NCBI GenBank assembly: GCA_964016885.1
Contig: OZ024740.1
Span: 440,076,001 to 440,140,000, forward strand
DNA length: 64,000 nt
Direction of reading: 5' to 3'
Source of the DNA: Eledone cirrhosa
Taxonomy: Eukaryota
The notes beneath the pieces were generated by a model, which was given only the letters and a program-made list of their open reading frames with translations, was not told the DNA's origin and made no database searches. The position numbers were made by a program, and so were the translations under genes. Positions 35,001 through 50,000 of this stretch are shown here, one piece after another; position 1 is the first letter of the stretch, and each line of letters opens with the position of its first letter.

Positions 35001-38000
35001 CACATGTCTGACAGCTATATAATAACACCACAAGTCTGACATGTATATAATAACACCGCATGTCTGACATCTATATAATAACACCACAAGTCTGACATCT
35101 ATATAATAACACCACATGTGTGACATTTATATAATAACACCACATGTCTGACATATATATATAATAACACCACATGTCTGACATCTATATAATAACACCA
35201 CAAGTCTGACATCTATACAATAATACCACATGTCTAACATCTATATAATAACACCATATGTCTGACATCTATACAATAATACCACATGTCTGACATCTAT
35301 ATAATAACACCAGATGCCTGATATCTATATAATAACACCACATGTGACATCTATCTAATGACACCACAAGTCTGACATCTATATAATAATACCATATGTC
35401 TGACATCTATATAATAACACCACATGTGTGACATCTATATAATAACACCAGAGGCCTGACATCTATATAATAACACAACATGTCTGACATCTATATAATA
35501 ACACCACAAGTCTGACATCTATATAATAACACCACAAGTCTGACATCTATATAATAACACCACATGTCTGACATCTATATAATAACACCACAAGTCTGAC
35601 ATCTATATAATAACACCAGAGGCCTGACATCTATATAATAACACAACATGTCTGACATCTATATAATAACACCACAAGTCTGACATCTATATAATAACAC
35701 CACAAGTCTGACATCTATACAATAATACCAGATGTCTGACATATATATAACAACACAACATGACTGACATCTATATAATAACACCACATGTCTGACATCT
35801 ATATAATAACACCTCAAGTCTTACATCTATATAATAACACCACAAGTCTGACATCTATATAATAACACCGCATTGCTGACATCTATATAATAACACCACA
35901 AGTCTGACATCTATATAATAACACCACATGTCTGACATTTATATAATAACACCACATGTCTGACATCTATATAATAACACCACATGTCTGCCATCTATAT
36001 AATAACACCACATGTCTGACATCTATATAATAACACCACAAGTCTGACATCTATATAATAACACCAGATGTCTGACATCTATATAATAATACCACAAGTC
36101 TGACATCTATATAATAACACCAGATGTCTGACATCTATATAATAACACCACGTTTCTACCATCTATATAATAACACCACATGTCTGACATCTATATAATA
36201 ACACGACATGTCTGACATCTATATAATAACACCACAAGTCTGCATCTATATAATAACACCATATGACTGACATCTATATAATAACAACACAAGTCTGACA
36301 TCTATATAATAACGCCACATGTCTGACATCTATATAATAACATCACAAATCTGACATCTATATAATAACACCACAAGTCTGACATCTATACAATTATACC
36401 ACATGTCTGACATCTATATAATAACACCAGATGTCTGACATCTATATAATAACACCACATGTGACATCTATATAATAACACCACATGTCTGACATCTATA
36501 TAATAACACCACAAGTCTGACATCTATATAATAACTCCACATGGCTGACATCTATATAATAACACCACATGCGTGACATCTATATAATAACACCACATGT
36601 CTGACATCTATCTAATAACACCACAAGTCTGATATCTATATAATAACACCACAAGTCTGACATCTATATAATAATACCATATGTCTGACATCTATATAAT
36701 AACACCACATATCTGACATCTATATAATAACACCACATGTCTGACATCTATATAATAACACCAAAAGTCTGACATCTATATAATAACACCACAAGTCTGA
36801 CATCTATACAATAATACCACATGTCTAACATCTATATAATAACACCATATGTCTGACATCTATACAATAATACCACATGTCTGACATCTATATAATAACA
36901 CCACATGTCTGACATCTATATAATAACAGAAAATGTCTGAGATCTATATAATAACACCACATGTCTGACATCTATATAGTAACACAACATGCCTGACATC
37001 TATATAATAACACCACAAGTCTGACATCTATATAATAACACCACATGTCTGACATCTATACAATAACACCACAAGTCTGACATCTATATGATAACACCAC
37101 AAGTCTGACATCTATATAATAACTCCAGATGTCTGATATCTATACAATAACACCACATGTCTGACATCTATATAATAACACCACATGTCTGCCATCTATA
37201 TAATAACACCACATGTCTGACATCTATACAATAACACCACAAGTCTGACATCTATATGATAACACCACAAGTCTGACATCTATATAATAACACCACAAGT
37301 CTGACATCTATACAATAATACCACATGTCTAACATCTATATAATAACACCACATGTCTGACATCTATATAATAACACCGCATGTGACATCTATATAATAA
37401 CACCACATGTCTGACAACTATAAATTAACACCACATGTCTGACATCTATATAATAACACCACAAGTCTGACATCTATATAATAACACCAGATGTCTGACA
37501 TCTATATAATAACACCAGATGTCTGACATCTATACAATAACACCACAAGTCTGCATCTATATAATAACACCACATGTCTGACATCTATATAATAACACCA
37601 CAAGTCTGACATCTATATAATAACACCACAAGTCTGACATCTATATAATAAAAGCACAAGTCTGACATCTATATAATAACACCACGTGTCTGATATCTAT
37701 ATAATAACACCACAATTCTGACATCTATATAATAACACCACATGTCTGACATCTATATAATAACACCACAAGTCTGACATGTATATAATAACACCGCATG
37801 TCTGACATCTATATAATAACACCACAAGTCTGACATCTATATAATAACACCACATGTGTGACATTTATATAATAACACCACATGTCTGACATATATATAT
37901 AATAACACCACATGTCTGACATCTATATAATAACACCACAAGTCTGACATCTATACAATAATACCACATGTCTAACATCTATATAATAACACCATATGTC

Positions 38001-41000
38001 TGACATCTATACAATTATACCACAAGTCTGACATCTATATAATAACACCACAAGTCTGACATCTATATAATAATACCATATGTCTGACATCTATATAATA
38101 ACACCACATGTGTGACATCTATATATTAATACCATATATCTGACATCTATATAATAACACCACATCTCTGACATCTATATAATAACACCACAAGTCTGAC
38201 ATCTATATAATAACACCACATGTCTGGCATCTATATAATAACACCACATGTCTGACATCTATATAATAACACCACAAGTTTGACATCTATACAATAATAC
38301 CACATGTCTAACATCTATATAATAACACAATATGTCTGACATCTATACAATAATACCACATGTCTGACATCTATATAATATCACCACATATCTGCCATCT
38401 ATATAATAACACAACATGTCTGACATCTATATTATAACACCAGATATCTGACATCTATACAATAACACCACAAGTCTGCATCTATATAATAACACCATAT
38501 GACTGACATCTATATAATAACAACACAAGTCTGACATCTATATAATAACACCACATGTCTGACATCTATATAATAACATCACAAATCTGACATCTATATA
38601 ATAACACCACAAGTCTGACATCTATACATTAATACCACATGTCTGACATCTATATAATAACACCAGATGTCTGACATCTATATAATAACACCACATGTGA
38701 GATCTATATAATAACACCACATGTGTGACATCTATATAATAACACCACATGTCTGACATCTATCTAATGACACCACAAGTGTGACATCTATATAATAACA
38801 CCACAAGTGTGACATCTATATAATAATACCATATGTCTGACATCTATATAATAACACCACATGTCTGACATCTATATAATAACACCACAAGTCTGACATC
38901 TATATAATAACACCACATGTCTGACATCTATATAATAACACCACATGTCTGACATCTATATAATAACACCAAAAGTCTGACATCTATACAATAACACCAC
39001 ATTTCTGACATCTATATAATAACACATGTCTGACATCTATATAATAACACCACATGTCTGACATCTATATAATAACACCACAAGTCTGACATCTATATAA
39101 TAACACCACAAGTCTGACATCTATACAATAATACCACATGTCCTACATCTATATAATAACACCATATGTCTGACATCTATACAATAATACCACATGTCTG
39201 ACATCTATATAATAACACCACAAGTCTGACATCTATACATTAATACCACATGTCTGACATCTATATAATAACACCAGATGTCTGACATCTATATAATAAC
39301 ACCACATGTGACATCTATATAATAACACCACATGTCTGACATCTATATAATAACACCACAAGTCTGACATCTATATAATAACACCACATGTCTGACATCT
39401 ATATAATAACACCACATGTGTGACATCTATATAATAACACCACATGTCTGACATCTATCTAATGACACCACAAGTCTGACATCTATATAATAACACCAAA
39501 AGTCTGACATCTATACAATAACACCACATTTCTGACATCTATATAATAACACCACAAGTCTGACATCTATATAATAACACCACAAGTCTGACATCTATAC
39601 AATAATACCACATGTCTAACATCTATATAATAACACCACATGTCTGACATCTATATAATAACACCGCATGTGACATCTATATAATAACACCACATGTCTG
39701 ACAACTATAAATTAACACCACATGTCTGACATCTATATAATAACACCACAAGTCTGACATCTATATAATAACACCAGATGTCTGACATCTATATAATAAC
39801 ACCAGATGTCTGACATCTATACAATAACACCACAAGTCTGCATCTATATAATAACACCACATGTCTGACATCTATATAATAACACCACAAGTCTGACATC
39901 TATATAATAACACCACAAGTCTGACATCTATATAATAAAAGCACAAGTCTGACATCTATATAATAACACCACGTGTCTGATATCTATATAATAACACCAC
40001 AATTCTGACATCTATATAATAACACCACATGTCTGACATCTATATAATAACACCACATGTATGACATCTATATAATAACACAACATGTTTGACATCTATA
40101 TAATAACACCAGATGTCTGACATCTATATAATAACACAACATGTCTGACATCTATATAATAACACCACATGTCTGACAGCTATATAATAACACCACAAGT
40201 CTGACATGTATATAATAACACCGCATGTCTGACATCTATATAATAACACCACAAGTCTGACATCTATATAATAACACCACATGTGTGACATTTATATAAT
40301 AACACCACATGTCTGACATATATATATAATAACACCACATGTCTGACATCTATATAATAACACCACAAGTCTGACATCTATACAATAATACCACATGTCT
40401 AACATCTATATAATAACACCATATGTCTGACATCTATACAATAATACCACATGTCTGACATCTATATAATAACACCAGATGCCTGATATCTATATAATAA
40501 CACCACATGTGACATCTATCTAATGACACCACAAGTCTGACATCTATATAATAATACCATATGTCTGACATCTATATAATAACACCACATGTGTGACATC
40601 TATATAATAACACCAGAGGCCTGACATCTATATAATAACACAACATGTCTGACATCTATATAATAACACCACAAGTCTGACATCTATATAATAACACCAC
40701 AAGTCTGACATCTATATAATAACACCACATGTCTGACATCTATATAATAACACCACAAGTCTGACATCTATATAATAACACCAGAGGCCTGACATCTATA
40801 TAATAACACAACATGTCTGACATCTATATAATAACACCACAAGTCTGACATCTATATAATAACACCACAAGTCTGACATCTATACAATAATACCAGATGT
40901 CTGACATATATATAACAACACAACATGACTGACATCTATATAATAACACCACATGTCTGACATCTATATAATAACACCTCAAGTCTTACATCTATATAAT

Positions 41001-42322
41001 AACACCACAAGTCTGACATCTATATAATAACACCGCATTGCTGACATCTATATAATAACACCACAAGTCTGACATCTATATAATAACACCACATGTCTGA
41101 CATTTATATAATAACACCACATGTCTGACATCTATATAATAACACCACATGTCTGCCATCTATATAATAACACCACATGTCTGACATCTATATAATAACA
41201 CCACAAGTCTGACATCTATATAATAACACCAGATGTCTGACATCTATATAATAATACCACAAGTCTGACATCTATATAATAACACCAGATGTCTGACATC
41301 TATATAATAACACCACGTTTCTACCATCTATATAATAACACCACATGTCTGACATCTATATAATAACACGACATGTCTGACATCTATATAATAACACCAC
41401 AAGTCTGCATCTATATAATAACACCATATGACTGACATCTATATAATAACAACACAAGTCTGACATCTATATAATAACGCCACATGTCTGACATCTATAT
41501 AATAACATCACAAATCTGACATCTATATAATAACACCACAAGTCTGACATCTATACAATTATACCACATGTCTGACATCTATATAATAACACCAGATGTC
41601 TGACATCTATATAATAACACCACATGTGACATCTATATAATAACACCACATGTCTGACATCTATATAATAACACCACAAGTCTGACATCTATATAATAAC
41701 TCCACATGGCTGACATCTATATAATAACACCACATGCGTGACATCTATATAATAACACCACATGTCTGACATCTATCTAATAACACCACAAGTCTGATAT
41801 CTATATAATAACACCACAAGTCTGACATCTATATAATAATACCATATGTCTGACATCTATATAATAACACCACATATCTGACATCTATATAATAACACCA
41901 CATGTCTGACATCTATATAATAACACCAAAAGTCTGACATCTATATAATAACACCACAAGTCTGACATCTATACAATAATACCACATGTCTAACATCTAT
42001 ATAATAACACCATATGTCTGACATCTATACAATAATACCACATGTCTGACATCTATATAATAACACCACATGTCTGACATCTATATAATAACAGAAAATG
42101 TCTGAGATCTATATAATAACACCACATGTCTGACATCTATATAGTAACACAACATGCCTGACATCTATATAATAACACCACAAGTCTGACATCTATATAA
42201 TAACACCACATGTCTGACATCTATACAATAACACCACAAGTCTGACATCTATATGATAACACCACAAGTCTGACATCTATATAATAACTCCAGATGTCTG
42301 ATATCTATACAATAACACCACA
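32094..42322. repeat. Near-perfect duplication, about 32094-37157 and 37259-42322 (offset 5165)
   Basis: taaaagcac 32489/37654, tgtcctacatc 33976/39141 and atgcgtgac 36571/41736 are all offset by 5165. Confidence 0.93.
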
Positions 42323-45300
42323 AGTCTGACATATATATAATAACACCACATGTCTGACATCTATATAATAACACCACATGTGTGACATCTATATAATAAC
42401 ACCACATGTCTGACATCAATCTAATAAGACCACAAGTCTGACATCTATATAATAACACCACATGTCTGACATCTATATAATAACACCAGATGTCTGACAT
42501 CTATATAATAACACCACATATCTGCCATCTATATAATAAGACAACATGTCTAACATCTATATAATAACACCACATGTCTGACATCTATATAATAACACCA
42601 CAAGTCTGACATCTATATAATAACACCACAAGTCTGACATCTATACAATAATACCACATGTCTAACATCTATATAATAACACCATATATCTGACATCTAT
42701 ACAATAATACCACATGTCTGACATCTATATAATAACACCACATGTCTGACATCTATATAATAACAGAAAATGTCTGAGATCTATATAATAACACCACATG
42801 TCTGACATCTATATAATAACACAACATGTCTTACATCTATATAATAACCCCACAAGTCTGACATCTATATAATAACACCACATGTCTGACATCTATACAA
42901 TAACACCACAAGTCTGACATCTATATGATAACACCACAAGTCTGACATCTATATAATAACTCCAGATGTCTGATATCTATACAATAACACCACAAGTCTG
43001 ACATATATATAACACCACATGTCTGACATCTATATAATAACACCACATGTGTGACATCTATATAATGACACCACATGTCTGACATCAATCTAATAACACC
43101 ACAAGTTTGACATCTATATAATAACACCACATTTCAGACATCTATATAATAACACCAGATGTCTGACATCTATATAATAACATCACATATCTACCATCTA
43201 TATAATAACACAACATGTCTGACATCTATATATTAACACCAGATGTCTGACATCTATACAATAACGCCACAAGTCTGCATCTATATAATAACATCATATG
43301 ACTGACATCTATATAATAACAACACAAGTCTGACATCTACATAATAACACCACATGTCTGACATCTATACAATAACACCACAAGTCTGACATCTATATGA
43401 CAAAACCACAAGTCTGACATCTATTTAATAACTCCAGATGTCTGATATCTATACAATAACACCACAAGTCTGACATATATATAATAACACCACATGTCTG
43501 ACATCTATATAATAACACCACATGTGTGACATCTATATAATGACACCACATGTCTGACATCAATCTAATAACACCACAAGTCTGACATCTATATAATAAC
43601 ACCACATGTCTGACATCTATATAATAACACCAGATGTCTGACATCTATATAATAACACCACATATCTGCCATCTATATAATAACACAACATGTCTGGCAT
43701 CTATATAATAACACCACATGGCTGACATCTATATAATAATACCACAAGTTTGACATCTATACAATAATACCACATGTCTAACATCTATATAATAACACCA
43801 TATGTCTGACATCTATACAATAATACCACATGTCTGACATCTATATAATAACACCACATATCTGCCATCTATATAATAACACAACATGTCTGACATTTAT
43901 ATTATAACACCAGATATCTGACATCTATACAATAACACCACAAGTCTGCATCTATATAATAACACCATATGACTGACATCTATATAATAACAACACAAGT
44001 CTGACATCTATATAATAACACCACATGTCTGACATCTATATAATAACATCACAAATCTGACATCTATATAATAACACCACAAGTCTGACATCTATACATT
44101 AATACCACATGTCTGACATCTATATAATAACACCAGATGTCTAACATCTATATAATAACACCACATGTGACATCTATATAATAACACCACATGTGTGACA
44201 TCTATATAATAACACCACATGTCTGACATCTATCTAATGACACCACAAGTCTGACATCTATATAATAACACCACAAGTGTGACATCTATATAATAATACC
44301 ATATGTCTGACATCTATATAATAACACCACATGTCTGACATCTATATAATAACACCACAAGTCTGACATCTATATAATCACACCACATGTCTGACATCTA
44401 TATAATAACACCACATGTCTGACATCTATATAATAACACCAAAAGTCTGACATCTATACAATAACACCACATTTCTGACATCTATATAATAACACATGTC
44501 TGACATCTATATAATAACACCACATGTCTGACATCTATATAATAACACCACAAGTCTGACATCTATATAATAACACCACAAGTCTGACATCTATACAATA
44601 ATACCACATGTCTAACATCTATATAATAACACCATATGTCTGACATCTATACAATAATACCACATGTCTGACATCTATATAATAACACCACGTGTCTGAT
44701 ATCTATATAATAACACCACAATTCTGACATCTATATAATAACACCACATGTATGACATCTATATAATAACACAACATGTTTGACATCTATATAATAACAC
44801 CAGATGTCGGACATCTATATAATAACACAACATGTCTGACATCTATATAATAACACCACATGTCTGACAGCTATATAATAACACCACAAGTCTGACATGT
44901 ATATAATAACACCGCATGTCTGACATCTATATAATAACACCACAAGTCTGACATCTATATAATAACACCACATGTGTGACATTTATATAATAACACCACA
45001 TGTCTGACATATATATATAATAACACCACATGTCTGACATCTATATAATAACACCTCAAGTCTGACATCTATACAATAATACCACATGTCTAACATCTAT
45101 ATAATAACACCATATGTCTGACATCTATACAATAATACCACATGTCTGACATCTATATAATAACACCAGATGCCTGATATCTATATAATAACACCACATG
45201 TGACATCTATATAATAACACCACAAGTCTGACATCTATATAATAACACCACAAGTCTGACATCTATACATTAATACCACATGTCTGACATCTATATAATA

Positions 45301-47086
45301 ACACCAGATGTCTGACATCTATATAATAACACCACATGTGACATCTATATAATAACACCACATGTCTGACATCTATATAATAACACCACAAGTCTGACAT
45401 CTATATAATAACACCACATGTCTGACATCTATATAATAACACCACATGTGTGACATCTATATAATAACACCACATGTCTGACATCTATCTAATGACACCA
45501 CAAGTCTGACATCTATATAATAACACCAAAAGTCTGACATCTATACAATAACACCACATTTCTGACATCTATATAATAACACATGTCTGACATCTATATA
45601 ATAACACCACATGTCTGACATCTATATAATAACACCACATGTCTGACATCTATATAATAACACCACAAGTCTGACATCTATACAATAATACCACATGTCT
45701 AACATCTATATAATAACACCACATGTCTGACATCTATATAATAACACCGCATGTGACATCTATATAATAACACCACATGTCTGACAACTATAAATTAACA
45801 CCACATGTCTGACATCTATATAATAACACCACAAGTCTGACATCTATATAATAACACCAGATGTCTGACATCTATATAATAACACCAGATGTCTGACATC
45901 TATACAATAACACCACAAGTCTGCATCTATATAATAACACCACATGTCTGACATCCATATAATAACACCACAAGTCTGACATCTATATAATAACACCACA
46001 AGTCTGACATCTATATAATAAAAGCACAAGTCTGACATCTATATAATAACACCACGTGTCTGATATCTATATAATAACACCACAATTCTGACATCTATAT
46101 AATAACACCACATGTCTGACATCTATATAATAACACCAGATGTCTGACATCTATATCATAACACAACATGTCTGACATCTATATAATAACACCACATGTC
46201 TGACAGCTATATAATAACACCACAAGTCTGACATGTATATAATAACACCGCATGTCTGACATCTATATAATAACACCACAAGTCTGACATCTATATAATA
46301 ACACCACATGTGTGACATTTATATAATAACACCACATGTCTGACATATATATAATAACACCACAAGTCTGACATCTATACAATAATACCACATGTCTAAC
46401 ATCTATATAATAACACCACATGTCTGACATCTATATAATAACACCGCATGTGACATCTATATAATAACACCACATGTCTGACAACTATAAATTAACACCA
46501 CATGTCTGACATCTATATAATAACACCACAAGTCTGACATCTATATAATAACACCAGATGTCTGACATCTATATAATAACACCAGATGTCTGACATCTAT
46601 ACAATAACACCACAAGTCTGCATCTATATAATAACACCATATGACTGACATCTGTATAATAACAACACAAGTCTGACATCTATATAATAACACCACATGT
46701 CTGACATCTATATAATAACATCACAAATCTGACATCTATATAATAACACCACATGTCTGACATCTATACAATAACACCACAAGTCTGACATCTATATGAT
46801 AACACCACAAGTCAGACATCTATATAATAACTCCAGATGTCTGATATCTATACAATAACACCACAAGTCTGACATATATATAATAACACCACATGTCTGA
46901 CATCTATATAATAACACCACATGTGTGACATCTATATAATGACACCACATGTCTGACATCAATCTAATAACACCACAAGCCTGACATCTATATAATAACA
47001 CCACATGTCTGACATCTATATAATAACACCAGATGTCTGACATCTATATAATAACACCACATATCTGCCATCTATATAATAACACA

Positions 47087-50000
47087 ACATGTCTGGCATC
47101 TATATAATAACACCACAAGTCTGACATCTATATAATAACACCACAAGTCTGACATCTATATAATAACACCACAAGTCTGATATCTATACAATAATACCAC
47201 ATGTCTAACATCTATATAATAACACCACAGGTCTGATATCTATACAATAATACCACATGTCTAACATCTATATAATAACACCATATGTCTGACATCTATA
47301 CAATAAAACCACATGTCTGACATCTATATAATAACACCACATATCTGCCATCTATATAATAACACAACATGTCTGACATCTATATAATAACACCAGATAT
47401 CTGACATCTATACAATAACACCACAAGTCTGCATCAATATAATAACACCAGATGTCTGAGATCTATATAATAACACCACATGTGACATCTATACAATAAC
47501 ACCACAAGTCTGCATCTATATAATAACACCATATGTCTGACATCTATATAATAACACCACATGTCTGACATCTATATAATAACACCACAAATCTGACATC
47601 TATATAATAACACCACATGTCTGACATCTATATAATAACACCACATGTCTGACATCTATATAATAACACCAAAAGTCTGACATCTATACAATAACACCAC
47701 ATTCCTGACATCTATACAATAACACCACATTCCTGACATCTATATAATAACACATGTCTGACATCTATATAATAACACCACATGTCTGACATCTATATAA
47801 TAACACCACAAGTCTGACATCTATATAATAACACCACGTGTCTGACATCTATATAATAACACCGCATGTGACATCTATATAATAACACCACATGTCTGAC
47901 AACTATAAATTAACACCACATGTCTGACATCTATATAATAACACCACAAATCTGACATCTATATAATAACAGCACAAGTCTGATATCTATATAATAACAC
48001 CACGTGTTTGATATCTATATAATAACACCACAATTCTGACATCTATATAATAACACCACATGTCTGACATCTATATAATAACACCACATGTATGACATCT
48101 ATATAATAACACAACATGTTTGACATCTATATAATAACACCAGATGTCTGACATCTATATAATAACACAACATGTCTGACATCTATATAATAACACCACA
48201 TGTCTGACATCTATATAATAACACCACAAGTCTGACATGTATATAATAACACCGCATGTCTGACATCTATATAATAACACCACAAGTCTGACATCTCAAT
48301 AATAACACCACATGTGTGACATTTATATAATAACACCACATGTCTGACATATATATAATAACACCACATGTCTTACATCTATATAATAACACCACAAGCC
48401 TGACATCTACATAATAACACCACAAGTCTGACATCTATACAATAATACCAAATGTCTGACATACATATAACACCAGATGTCTGACATCTATATAATAACA
48501 CCACATGTGAAATCTATATAATAACACCACATGTCTGACATCTATATAATAACACCACATGTCTACCATCTATATAATAACACCACATGTCTGACATCTA
48601 TATAATAACACCACAAGTCTGACATCTATATATTAACACCAGATGTCTGACATCTATATAATAATACCACAAGTCTGACATCTATATAATAACACCAGAT
48701 GTCTGACATCTATATAATAACACCACCTTTCTGCCATCTATATAATAACACCACATGTCTGACATCTATATAATAACACCAGATGTCTGACATCTATATA
48801 ATAACACCACATATCTGCCATCTATATAATAACACAACATGTCTGACATCTATATAATAACACCAGATGTCTGACATCTATACAATAACACCACAAGTCT
48901 GCATCTATATAATAACACCATATGACTGACATCTATATAATAACACCACATGTGACATCTATATAATAACACCACATGTCTGACATCTATATAATAACAC
49001 CACAAGTCTGACATCTATATAATAACACCACATGTCTGACATCTATATAATAACACCACATGTGTGACATATATATAATAACACCACATGTCTGACATCT
49101 ATATAATAACACCACATGTGTGACATCTATATAATGACACCACATGTCTGACATCAATCTAATAACACCACAAGTCTGACATCTATATAATAACACCACA
49201 TTTCAGACATCTATATAATAACACCAGATGTCTGACATCTATATAATAACACCACATATCTGCCATCTATATAATAACACAACATGTCTGACATCTATAT
49301 TTTAACACCAGATGTCTGACATCTATACAATAACACCACAAGTCTGCATCTATATAATAACACCATATGACTGACATCTATATAATAACAACACAAGTGT
49401 GACATCTACATAATAACACCACATGTCTGACATCTATATAATAACATCACAAATCTGACATCTATATAATAACACCACATGTCTGACATCTATACAATAA
49501 CACCACAAGTCTGACATCTATATGATAAAACCACAAGTCTGACATCTATATAATAACACCAGATGTCTGACATCTATATAATAACACAACATGTCTGACA
49601 TCTATATAATAACACCACATGTCTGACAGCTATGTAATAACACCACAAGTCTGACATGTATATAATAACACCGCATGTCTGATATCTATACAATAACACC
49701 ACACGTCTGACATATATATAATAACACCACATGTCTGACATCTATATAATAACACCACATGTGTGACATCTATATAATGACACCACATGTCTGACATCAA
49801 TCTAATAACACCAGAAGTCTGACATCTATATAATAACACCACATGTCTGACATCTATATAATAACATCACAAATCTGACATCTATATAATAACACCACAT
49901 GTCTGACATCTATACAATAACACCACAAGTCTGACATCTATATGATAACACCACAAGTCTGACATCTATATAATAACTCCAGATGTCTGATATCTATACA

